A stretch of 64,000 nucleotides of DNA from Eledone cirrhosa (taxonomy: Eukaryota): positions 70,990,001-71,054,000 of the forward strand of contig OZ024744.1 in NCBI GenBank assembly GCA_964016885.1. Reading direction: 5' to 3'. Made by a program: the position numbers and the translations under genes. The notes under the pieces were generated by a model, which saw only the letters and a list, made by a program, of their open reading frames with translations, had not been told where the DNA came from and searched no databases. This document shows, piece by piece, positions 25,300-36,230 of this stretch (its first letter is position 1; the number at the start of each line of letters is the position of its first letter).

Positions 25300-26050
25300 T
25301 ACGGGTACCACAATCAAATACACCCAGTGCGCTCTGTAAAGTGATAGTGCTGTTGTCACAATAAAATACACCCAGTGCGCTCTGTAAAGTGATAGTGCTG
25401 TTGTCACAATAAAATACACCCAATACGCTCTGTAAGTGCTAAAATAAAATACATGCAATACACTCTGTAAAGTAGTAGTGGCTGGTTCTACAATATCTTA
25501 GTACATTCTGTAAAATGTAGGTGCTGATGCCACAATGAAATAGACCCAGTACACGTGGTAGTGTTGGTGCCACAATAGAATACACCCAGTACACTCTGTA
25601 ATGTGGTAGTGTTGGTGCCATAATAAAATACACCCAGTACACTCTGTAACATGGTAGTGTTGGTGCCATAATAAAATACATCCAATATACACACTGTAAA
25701 GTAGTAGTACTGGTGCCATAATAAAATACACCTAGTACACTCTGCAACGTGGTAGTGCTGGTGCCATAATAAAATGCGACCAATACACTCTGTAAAGTGT
25801 TATTAGTAGTGTCACAATGAAATACACCCAATACACTCTGTAATGTGTTAGCACTGGTGTCACAATAAAATGCATGCAGCACCCTTAGCAAAGGGGTTGG
25901 CATTAAGAAGGGCATTCAGTCATAGAAATCATGCAAAAGTTAAAACATAGGGGCAAAAATGGACATCTGACCTGCCATAGTCACAGAACATGACGATACA
26001 TCCAACCCATGGCAGCATGGAAAACTATAAAATGGATATAAAATGATGAC
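25300..26050 (+). repeat. ~13 tandem copies of a ~48-bp unit followed by the RTE-type SINE tail
   Basis: Unit GTGCCACAATAAAATACACCCAGTACACTCTGTAAAGTGGTAGTGCTG; it runs into GGTTGGCATTAAGAAGGGCATTCAG...AACCCATGGCAGCATGGAAAA. Confidence 0.9.
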
Positions 26051-26091
26051 GATGATGATGATGATGGTGGTGGTGGTGGTGGAGGTGGTGG

Positions 26092-26123
<32 letters not shown>

Positions 26124-26140
26124 GTGATGATGGTGGTGGA

Positions 26141-26200
<60 letters not shown>

Positions 26201-26265
26201 GGTGGTGGAGGTGGTGGTGATGATGATGATGATGATGATGGTGATGATGGTGGTGGAGGTGGTGG

Positions 26266-26323
<58 letters not shown>

Positions 26324-26480
26324 GATAACGATGACGATGAAGACAACGACGACGATGATGATGATGATGATGATGACGATGATGATGATGATGATGATGA
26401 TGATGGTGATGATGACGACGATGACGACAACGACGACGACGATGATGATGGGGTGGTGGTGATGACGATGATGGTGATGG

Positions 26481-26527
<47 letters not shown>

Positions 26528-26745
26528 GTGATGATGACGACGATGACGACAACGACGACGACGATGATGATGGGGTGGTGGTGATGATGATGATGACGGT
26601 GGTGGTGGTGGTGGTGATGATGATGATGATGACGGTGATGATGACGGTGGTGATGAGGATGATAACAACAGTGATGACAACAATGCCAACAACAACAACA
26701 ACAACATCAACAACGACGACGATGATGATGATGATGATGATGACT
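26043..26745. repeat. ~700-bp compound (GAT/GGT/GAC)n microsatellite grown from a retroposon tail
   Basis: Starts directly after the SINE terminus. Confidence 0.9.
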
Positions 26746-27337
26746 ATATAGGGTATATATTGTCTATCTATCTGGCTCTTCTTACCAGTCCTTATATCTA
26801 TTTATCTATCTACCTTTATACATTTTACACGTTTTTATTGTATGTAAACTTCCCCCTTTGTATTTGTCCCCTTCTTTTGTGCCCCTGTGGCTAATAAAGA
26901 AACATATCTATCTACCTTTATACACATTCATGGTGACAACTGTGGTGTCATGATATGTGACAAGTCTGGTGGGATTTCAGGGGTAATGTGAGGGTGAAAA
27001 CGGCTGTCATGGGTGCATGATACATGTGATGGTATAATCTGTGACAAAGTGGGGGGCTACAATAATGACAATAGCAGGTATTAGGTAGCTCTGACTGGTC
27101 TGGTGGGATTTAACAGGGTAGTGTGACAGAGAAAATGAGTTGAGGATGATCTTGGATAGAATGGAAAGTACAGTGATGATGAGAATGGTTATTAGAGAGC
27201 GATGGTTGGGGTAGGGCATGAATGGGTCAAGTTATATTCACAATTCCATATATATATATATATATATATAAATGAAGTAATTCTGTCGGAAAGGTCCAGG
27301 AAAAAAGAGTGCTCTGTGTAGGTTAAAGAGCTTATTC

Positions 27338-27531
27338 GTTATGTAATAAACAACATAAGATGATTATTTTATTTACCAGTGGTTTCTTGAAAGCAAACAA
27401 ATTTGCTTTCAGTCATCAGAATGGAAAAAAAAGACACCAGGATTTTTTCCATTCTGATGTCTGAAAGCAAATTTGTTTGCTTTCAAGAAACCACTGGTAA
27501 ATGAAATAATCATCTTATGTTGTTTATTACA

Positions 27532-27535
<4 letters not shown>
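27338..27535. repeat. ~93-bp-arm fold-back palindrome with a hammerhead motif in each arm
   Basis: Arms 27338-27430 and 27443-27535. Plus arm: CATT-CTGATGT-stem-GAAA-CCACTGG-TA-AATG. The minus arm has an intact CTGATGA at 27419-27413. Confidence 0.92.
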
Positions 27536-27581
<46 letters not shown>

Positions 27582-27951
27582 CATTCTAGTGTGGAAGATA
27601 GACGTTAAACGATGATGATGATAATGATACTTATATATACATACAGATACACACACACAAGATTTGTCCCCAATGTAAGAGTACTGATTTTTCTATGTAC
27701 GACAAAGTACTTACCACCTTGTTGATGTATATAGGCATGTTGGTTATGACCTTGGATGTATGTACATACTTGTTTCAACATGATCGATTGAGTCAGATGT
27801 GAGTTATTGCTGTTTATGTAAAGACATGTTTATAACCTCTGTTACGTTTGCGATGGAGGAAAATATCGAACAATAGTACGCAATAAAATTTTGTGTGAAA
27901 CTCAACAAATCTGCCACCAAAATATTTAATTCTTTAACACAAGCTTATGGA

Positions 27952-28760
27952 AATAATAATAATGAAAATATTGTGTACAGTGCTCAGGTGCACTACAATT
28001 CATCAAAAGTGTATATAGGGTAATGTACAAACGTCAGGAAAATGAACAGTGCATGATATATACATGTGTGCATGTGTATGGAAGGGGGACATCAGGTGTA
28101 GTTTTGGCAAATTTCAGGAAGCATGAGGGTTTTAAAGGATGCAGTGTCTCGGCAGCTAACAACTGATGCAGGCAGTTTGTTCCATGCTTCAGCAACTCTA
28201 AGTGTGAAAAAATGTTTCTGAAAGTCATGGGAGCTGTGCTGTTTTCTGACTTTGTAGGCATGTCCACGTATTAGACACATGGGGATCAAAAAGGTGCTCA
28301 GGGTTGTTGTTGGCGAGATGGTTAATAACTTTGTGGGTGTTTACCAAGTCCATTGCCAGACGTCGGAGCTTCAATGAATCCATGCCCAGGGAAGCAAAGC
28401 GTTCAGAGTATGGTAGGTGTCTGATGGAGGGTATTCACTTGGTTGCATGTCTCTGAACAGTTTCCAGGAGGTCAATGTTCTGAGCAAGATAGGGGTTCCA
28501 GACTGATGATGCGAATTCCAAGTGTGATCATACCATAGCTGTATACAGCTTTAAATAGATGGCTGGAGAGCGGCTAACAAAGGTCTTGCTGAGTGATGCC
28601 AAGACACCCTCGGCCTTCTTGACAATTTTAGAGATGTGCTTTGTCCAACGCAAATCGCTGCTGACAGTAATGCCCAGGTCACGTTCACAAGAGGACTTCT
28701 TGATATCAGTGTTGTGGAGGGAGTATGTGGATGCTGGATTTTTCCTCCCAAAATGCATGC
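27952..28760 (-). mobile_element. CR1/L2-group LINE 3' fragment nested in the mariner
   Basis: ERDLGITVSSDLRWTKHI, LYTAMV, LETVQR, RGHAYKV...FFTLRVAEAWNKLPASVV; (TTA)n tail. Confidence 0.88.
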
Positions 28761-29125
28761 CAAGAAGTAAGGTTTTATGTGGCACAAAGCTTTCAAAGAG
28801 GACCAAGACAATGTTGAAGACGAACCTCATTCTGGACGAGCAATCTCGTCAACAAATGAACAAAATGTGGAAGTGGTGCAAGCAGTGATAGTGAAAGATC
28901 ACTGATTAAGTTGTAGGATGATTGCAGAAGAAACAGGCTTGGATAAAAATGCAGTTCACAGAATTTTAACAGACTACTTACACATGTGAAAAATTTGTAC
29001 AAAAAGTAGTGCCTAAACACTGTTGAGCAAAAAGTGAACCTGGTTAGAAATTTATCAGGATTTGCTAGAAAGACTTGAAATTGAGTCAAATCTCTTGGTT
29101 AAATAATAACAGGAGATGAATCATG

Positions 29126-29589
29126 TAAGGGAATAAATATGTTTTCTTAAATGATAGAAGTTGATTCTTCTATCGATATACTTGTCTATATCAGATATTT
29201 TGGGGAGTAAATGAGCTTCATTTTATTATGTCAAATTCGAACACAATAGCTATAGGGGAGAGGTCAAGTAAACGCATTTAAGACTATTCAACAGAATTCG
29301 TAATATAATCAGCTTGTCTCTCCACAGCCCCGGTAGACAGAATGGAGAAGGCCTTTCTCCAGAGGACGGCAAGGGAGACGCGTTGGAAAAGCCTCTCCAA
29401 TTCGCGGGGCTCACACTTGCGGCTGGCCAGCTCAGCGCCTATTGTGGTGAGTAGGGAGGTTTCCCTAGGACCGAGGACACCAGAAGTCTCCACTGCCAAG
29501 GGTACAACCGCAAATCTGTTGGAGAGCGACCAGTATTTGAGGAGTTTGGCCTCCTCAGCCCGATGTGCAACAGAACCTGGGTTAGTCGC
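29126..29589 (-). mobile_element. CRE-like RLE retrotransposon 3' fragment nested in the mariner, with 12-bp TSD
   Basis: AEEAKLLKY...FAVVPLAVETSGVLGP...LFQRVSLAVL; AGATGAATCATG is duplicated at 29114-29125 and 29590-29601. Confidence 0.88.
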
Positions 29590-30428
29590 AGATGAATCAT
29601 GGGTGTTTGAGTACAATCCGGCGACAAAGCAGCAAAGTGAGGAGTGGCATATGAAAAATTCTCCTTGTCCAAAGAAAGCACTCAGGAACAGATTGAAGGT
29701 GAAAATGATGATTATTATTTTTTCAACTGTGATATTGTTTACTCCAGAAGAGACAGTTAATGGCACTTTCTACAAATATATCTTGTAATGATTTTGAAAA
29801 CGCCTTCAGCTTGCAGGAGTGCACCATAATAGCGCACCTGCTCATACAGCACTTTCAATTAGAGAATTTCTGGCAAAGAAAAACATTCCCACTCTTCCGC
29901 ATCCAAATCTAGCTCCCTGTGATTTCTACCTCTTCCCTAAGTTGAAATCGAAGTTGAAGGGTCACTATTTTGGGACTGTGGAAAAAACAAACTAAGGACA
30001 GCCACAGAAAATGACTTCTGATATTGCTACAATCAATGGAAAAAATGTTGGAACCACTGCTGAAGGGTTGTATTTTGAAGGAGGTAACTTGTAATTTTAA
30101 GTATATCTAATTACATCTAATATACATTTAAATAAAATATCAGTACCCTTCAGGTTTATGGCCCTTTAAAGTAAACTTAAGTTTTATTGATCTATATGGT
30201 TCTGGGTGTTTCTCTAGATCTAATTTTTCTACAATATTTTTCCTTTCTCAATTAATGTTATTTAAATTATCATGGTTATTTTTTCTTAAATTATCATGGT
30301 TACTTTTAAGTTTATTATAAATAGAGTTCTCATAAAATTGAATTTCCAAATTATATATTTTTAGTTTTATCAGCTACATGTGTATGCCGTTCTGTCTTCT
30401 TGAATTAATTATTGTAAAATCCAGTTCT

Positions 30429-30657
30429 TTAACACTTTTGCATTTAATCTGGCCATATCTGGCCAGAATTCTCTCACCTTTTTCCGTTCAAATTAGCAGT
30501 AACTGGCCACTCATACTGATATTAAGGTATTGTTCTCAAAATAAATAATATCAAAATCTCATAGATTTGATATTATGTGAGATAATTATGTGAGATAAAG
30601 CCTTTACCATGAAAATATAACAGTAAATATAGAGTAATGTAAATGTTAAAGGGTTAA
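30429..30657. mobile_element. piggyBac-type MITE, complete, opposite orientation to the 6600 and 8148 copies
   Basis: TTAA-CACTTTTGCATT ... AATGTTAAAGGG-TTAA. Confidence 0.85.
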
Positions 30658-30934
30658 GGAAAGTGATTTTAAAAGTTTTCTTTTTAAATTTAATAGGTTT
30701 TTAAAATCACTTTTATCAGATTATCTTCAAATTTATCCAGTTGAGGTTTATGTGGAGGATTTCTCTGGGTTTTTTTTTATCGTTATAAAGAAAACACCAT
30801 CTAATTCTCCTTGTAAATGAATTAAGAGTTTGAGGTATGTCTTATTATTGAATACTGGAATGTTTTTCAAGGACATCACCAAATAATCTTTCTTCATCAT
30901 TATGGCAAAGTGGGATTTGAGATCAGAGAGGATA

Positions 30935-31408
30935 TATATATATGATGCCTGTGTGAGGTGCACAATGTTGCATGGTAGTGAGACATGGGCAGCAACTGCA
31001 GAGGATATGCGACGGCTGGAGAGAAATGAAGCAAGCATGTTCCATTGGATGTGCAATGTCAATGTGCGTGAGCGACTGAGCATGGATGCGTTGAGAGAGA
31101 AGCTGTGTATAAGAGGGATAAATTGTAATGTGCGGGAGAGGGGACTGCGATGGCATGGACATGTGATGCACATGGAGGATGACCGATGGGTGAAGAAGTG
31201 TCAAGAAATCCCAGTAGAAGGAAGATGCATTAGAGGAAGATCACGAAAAACATGGGCGGAGGTGGTGAGAGCAGACCTCAGATCACTGAAACTCATGGAG
31301 GAGATGACAAAGGACCGTGACAAGTGGAGAGATGCTGTACTGAATAGGACCCGTCCCATCCTTGCAAGCAGGGAAAAGCGGATGTAAAATGATAATGATG
31401 ATGATGAG
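30935..31408 (+). mobile_element. RTE family B 5'-truncated copy
   Basis: YDACVRCTMLHGSETW...LRWHGHV...GRSRKTW; (ATG)n tail. Confidence 0.92.
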
Positions 31409-32479
31409 AGGAGAGAAAGGGAACAAATACTGCAAAGCATTCTATGCAACAATTCTGCCAATTCGCCGACTATGTATCATATATGTATTTTCAAATAACT
31501 TGGCTGTATTTCAAGGGCATCACCAAATAATTTTTCTTTCTTCATCATTATGGCAAAAGAATTGTTACAGCTCAATCTTAAAGGAGCTCAAGAATAATAC
31601 AGATGAATAAAGTGATTCCAACAACATTTCAAGCTTAATGTGGTCCAAGAATCACAAAACAGAATAAATTATTCATCAAAAATATAAACCATACAGAATA
31701 AGGAAATAAAAAACTTTCAGTAAATAAATGTGATGTGTTTTATATATGCTGATGCATGTGCATTACTGGTGCTTTATTTACCAACCCTGCAAGGATGAAA
31801 GGCAATGCTAACCTTGGTGGGTTTGCGCTCAGAATGTAAATAATTGTTTCTACTATAGGCACAAGGCCAGAAATTTGAAGGGAGGGTAAAGTCGATTAAA
31901 TCGACTCCAGCGCTTGACTGGCACTTTTTTTTATCCACCCTGTAAGAAAGAAAGGTAAAGCTAACCTTGGCAGGATTTGAACTCAGAATGCAAAGGGCCA
32001 TAACTCTATACTGTAAAACATAGCGTCTGACGCTCTACCGATTCTGCAAAACCACAAGAAACAAGTAAGATATACACAGACATATTGTTATTGTTTACTT
32101 CAGTTGCCTAGTGCAGGATGTCTTGGTTGTTTCAGTACCTTAGCCTTGCCATCACCTGCAGCAATGCCTCAAGCATGTTGGCTTGCCATCACCTGCAGCA
32201 ATGCCTCAAGCATGTTGGCTTGCTTCAAAGTGTTTAGTTAACTCTTATGATGTGATATGAGGCCCCCCCCCCCCCTCCTTTTTTCTTCTTTTATTAAAAT
32301 GTTTTTAGGGTTTTTTTTTTATCTCTCTTTTTCTGGTTATATTTATACTATAAACATTTAATTTTATTCATAGTTGTATAAATAATATTAAAAATCGTTT
32401 GCAATTCTTTCAGAATGAGAATATAAACAGAGCATATAAATAAATTTACATAACAAATATGTTTTAAAAATATACATAA

Positions 32480-33045
32480 ATAACATTACAAATGCTTAGA
32501 TAACATTATAAATTGCTCGCGGTTCTTTCAGAAGGATATATTCTTTTAATGTTGCAATATTAAAGAAAATGTGAAGGAAGGGGTGAACAACCGAGCCAAG
32601 ACCAGAGCAAAAGACAGCAATGTCGCGAGGAATACTGGGAAACCTCTCTAATGATTTTTGAGGCAAGCCAGCACACTTGCAGCGTTGCCTCGGGTGATGG
32701 CGAGGCTGATGCGCTGAAACAGCCAAGTGCCCTCGCGAGATTCGCCAGTTACCTCTATTAGGCGAGCTGCCAGTGAAGAGAGGAACCTCGCAGTCAGCGG
32801 CCCGACTCCCCCAAACGTCTCGAAAGCCACAGGCTGAAAAATGTAGCTGGTCGACAGATCACAGTATTTGAGGGTCTTACTCCTCTCAGCTGCGGAAGCT
32901 GTGACTCTCGTCCTAACCGCAGCATCCATTATGGGGGGGGGGGGGGGGGGCAAAAGAATTACTGACAGTGACGTTCCAGACAAAGCACCTGCCTCTCGAC
33001 CAGGGGCACAGGGTAAGTCCTCGATGTGTTTGTGTTTTCGTTCTG
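32480..33045 (-). mobile_element. CRE-like RLE endonuclease fragment
   Basis: AERSKTLKY...FQPVAFETFGGVGP...WLFQRISLAITRGNAASVL. Confidence 0.85.
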
Positions 33046-33084
33046 TAAGCATTATATCATATTTTTATTATATGTGTTTATAAG

Positions 33085-33300
33085 GGCGGTGGAATGGCAG
33101 TATCGGTAGAGATTGGGTACCATGCTTTGCAGCATAGAGTTACGGTCCTTTACAGTCTGAGTTCAAATCCCGCCCTGGTTAACTTTGCCTTTCATCCTTA
33201 CAGGGTTGATAAAATAAAGCACCTGTAATGTACTGGGGTCGATTTAATTGACTTTCCCCTCCCCTCAAACTACTGGCCTTGTGCCTATATTAGAAATCAT
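33085..33300 (+). mobile_element. Full-length tRNA-derived SINE
   Basis: GGCGGTGGAATGGCAGTATCGGTAGAG head, GAGTTCAAATCCC, core and tail. Confidence 0.85.
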
Positions 33301-33544
33301 TATATGTGTTTATATTTTGTCTAACCCATGCTAGTGTGGAAAATGGACGTAAAACGGAGATGATGATGATGAATTTTCATTCTGAGAGAATTGTGAGCAA
33401 TTTGTAATGTTATTTATACAACTGTGAATAAAACACTTTACTGAGGTGTATAACTTAATATATATATCTTAATTAATTACCAATATAAGGGCTAATAATA
33501 TGAAAATTAGTATGTACATTTCAAGATTCTACTCGAAGTGATAT

Positions 33545-33980
33545 GTTGTATAAGTCCAGTTGTGGTTGTTTAGATGACAGCAAAAAACCTGACGGCCTTA
33601 CCCTGTGCCCCTGCTCGAGAGGCAGGTGCCTTGTTTGGGACGTCACCGTTAGTGGCTCCTTTGCTTCTTCCCCCATCCTGGATGCTGCGGTTAGGACGGG
33701 CCGAGCGGAGTAAGACCCTCAAATACTGTGATCTGTTGGCCAGCTACATTTTCCAGCATGTGACTTTCGAGACGTTTGGGGAGTTGGGGAGTTGGGCCGC
33801 TGACTGCGAGGTTCCTCTCTTCACTGGCAGCTCGCCTAATAGAGGTAACTGGCGAATCTTGCGAGGGTGCTTGGTTGTTCCAGCGCATCAACCTGGCCAT
33901 CACCCGAGGCAATGCTGCGAGTGTGCTGGTATGCCTCAAAAATCATTAGAAAGGTTGCCAGTACTCCTCGCAACGCTAAT
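33545..33980 (+). mobile_element. CRE-like RLE fragment, inverted partner of 32480-33045
   Basis: LDDSKKPDGLTL..., AERSKTLKYCDL...FETFG...FQRI...RGNAASVL, with frameshifts. Confidence 0.8.
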
Positions 33981-35362
33981 TTAGACAATGCAATCAATTT
34001 GGTGAGAGGAGTAAGTCGATTAAATCGATCCTAATGTATTACTGGTACTTTATTTTATCGACCCCCGTAAGGATGAAAGGAAAATCTAACCTCGACGGGA
34101 TTTGAACACGGGATTTGAACACGTAAATGGCTGTAACTCTATGCCACGAAGCACAGTGTCCGACGCTCTACCGATACTGCCAATTCATGTTAAATAATAA
34201 TAAAATATACATCGATATAGAAAAAAAAAATAACATTTATTAAACGAGAATTTACGCGGGTCCTTCCTAGTATAAATTATTAACAGCCGGTTGCAATATT
34301 AGAGTACGTGTGTATCTTGACACATAAAGCCCCGCACACCCTACCTCCTACATTAATAGAAGGATAACATTTCACTCATACAATTGTTCAAGCCCGTTGC
34401 CAGGCTTTGGTGCCTAGGTGAGTGATCTCCAGAATATTCTATGTGGTCCTTCTAATTTGCAATAATTCTAAGGTGGTGTTTCAGTATAAATATATCATTG
34501 TAAATTCTAATAATAAATTTGAGGGTGTGCCACTGAAAAGAGTGTTAGGCAGTGCCCTGCAGTCACCACCAGCCTCCTCGGGGATGGGCCCACAGTTACT
34601 GCTATAGAGTTATGCCAGAAATGGCAATACGTCGCACGTTTATATCTTGCTTTACAATATATATAAACATTTTATGGGTGGGTTGGAAGCTTTGATGTAA
34701 GGACCTGTTTCCTAGATGTACTGTATGGCGAACCCTCCACTGACCACGATAGCAGAGAGGCACCAAATATAAAAGTACACGGATTCTCTGAAAACACCCC
34801 TTCCAGCCTGTCACATTGACCATCGCCAGTGGTCTGGTGTGGTCTTAGATCGCAAAAGATTTCGGTTGCCACATCATCCTCCAACCTGTTTCCTCCGTCG
34901 AGAATGTTTGCAGGACTGATGTCGATGACAAAAATTGTCAGAAGAAGAAATGTAGCACGACAAGAACAGAATTTCCCTTACAGCCGCTACGCCCGGGTCT
35001 GTCTATCCTATATTAGTCCCAGAAACCACCAGCGAGCCTGCAATAGATGTGGGCTGGCCTCCCTACATAAATCTTCGCTTGGAGGAGCCGAACCATGATA
35101 TAAATATTAACTTATCTCAAAAAGTCAACGGAATTCAAATCCTTCCCAAATTCGACTTACCCTTTCCACCTTCCAAAGCCTAGAAAATAAATACTAGATG
35201 TTTTTTAACCCTAGGGAAGCTTTGCTTGAGCAGACGTATGACCAGAGTGTATTCTTTCACTTATTTAAAAAAATAAAACAGCAGGATGTGATTTGAAGGA
35301 GATATGGCTGGTATTTCTAGCAGGTCGAGTGGCAACGTTTCGTGGCTCCATTCAAATGCTAA

Positions 35363-35824
35363 GGTACAAGAGCATCGTGCTGCCGACAGTGCTTTATGCG
35401 AGCAAGACCTGGAAGAGAACGGCAAAAATAGAGAGACGGCTGAACGCTTTCCACCAGCGGTGCCTGCGAAAGATCCTTCGTGTGTCCTGGCGCGACCGAG
35501 TGCGAAACGAGGAGATCCTGCGGAGAGCCGAGTCGTGGACGCTTCAGAGAGTGATCACGGAGCATCGGTGCCGTCTGGCTGGCCATATTCTGCGTCTGCC
35601 AAATGAACGGCATTCGAAAACAGCGATGAACTGGACTCCGCCTGGCGGTAAACAGAGTGGGGTTGCCCAAGGATCACCTGGCGACGAACGTTCCGGAAGG
35701 ACCTGATGGCAGTCAACATCACCTGGCACGGCCTCAAAAAAGTTGCCGCTGATCGTGACCGTTGGCGAGTACTTACTGCTCGATGCGCCGAATGGTGCGG
35801 AAGAATCTAAGACTAAGACTAAGA
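35363..35824 (+). mobile_element. GC/CpG-rich RTE-clade 3' fragment with (CTAAGA)n tail
   Basis: YKSIVLPTVLYASKTW...FHQRCLRKILRVSWRDRVRNEEILRR...LAGHILR...WTPPGGK; ends CTAAGACTAAGACTAAGA. Confidence 0.88.
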
Positions 35825-36052
35825 TTCATGCTAGAAATCACAATGAATTTTATTAAACGTTTGTAGAAACAGCTGAGACATAAATATTCATACACATACG
35901 CACACACAAACACACACGCTCTCTCTCTTTCTCTTACTCTCTCTCTCACACACACATGCCTCAATCTTTTTTTCTCTCTCTAGCCCCGTCAGTCCGTACC
36001 CTCATCACATCTTTTTCTCATTCACTCGCGCAAGGCTTTGTTAGCGACTTAC

Positions 36053-36129
36053 CATTTTGGAACAATAATTTTCGAATTTAGATCTAAGCTCTGGATCCAC
36101 ATAAAGACTTCTCGAGGAAACTCTGTCAT
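36053..36129 (-). CDS. SPATA4: SPATA4-like, coding exon 1 (MTEFPREVFMWIQSLDLNSKIIVPK+TG)
   Basis: ATG at 36129-36127, 77 nt, perfect donor TG|gtaagt (36052-36047). Phase 2 joins exon 2 to give ...PKWDLANG. The PRE-V-x-x-W-x-Q-SLDL motif is typical of the SPATA4 N-terminus. Confidence 0.9.
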
Positions 36130-36163
36130 TATTACCGAGTTAACTTTTTCCTAACAAACGCCT

Positions 36164-36177
36164 GTTACCAAAGTAAC
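36164..36177. promoter_or_regulatory. RFX X-box upstream of the SPATA4-like ATG
   Basis: GTTACC-AA-AGTAAC fits GTNRCC-N(0-3)-RGYAAC, 35-48 nt upstream of the start codon; this is the expected site for a ciliary/flagellar gene. Confidence 0.7.
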
Positions 36178-36194
36178 ATCCAATGTTTACAAAT

Positions 36195-36230
36195 TAACCG
36201 GAAGTTATTTTCTATCATAAACTTCCGTTA
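36195..36230. promoter_or_regulatory. Inverted pair of ETS-type motifs
   Basis: ACCGGAAGT (36197-36205) and ACTTCCGT (36221-36228). Confidence 0.5.

Larger units (their letters stand above)
27657..30152 (+). mobile_element. Mariner (Tc1/mariner) transposase pseudogene split by two retro-insertions
   Basis: MEENIEQ*YAIKFCVKLNKSAT...AYG | WHKAFKEDQDNVEDEPHSGR...IITGDES | WVFEYNPATKQQSEEWH...HNSAPAH...PNLAPCDFYLFPKLK...YFEG; degenerate inverted ends. Confidence 0.88.

Noticed and set aside
25300-25930. CRISPR-like appearance of regularly spaced repeats
   Set aside because: Head-to-tail units without unique spacers, eukaryotic context, no cas genes; the unit derives from the RTE 3'UTR.
25940-26713. 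Poly-His/Ser/Met/Ile ORFs (also 17653-18161, 3839-4186, 14030-14405)
   Set aside because: Microsatellite translations, mostly from retroposon tails.
32146-32225. 37-bp perfect tandem duplication (also ~146-bp pair at 49590-49860 and ~80-bp pair at 53645/54122)
   Set aside because: Ordinary local duplications with no further structure.
33085-33180. tRNA genes
   Set aside because: A/B-box-like heads run into the SINE core and form no cloverleaf; they are SINE heads.
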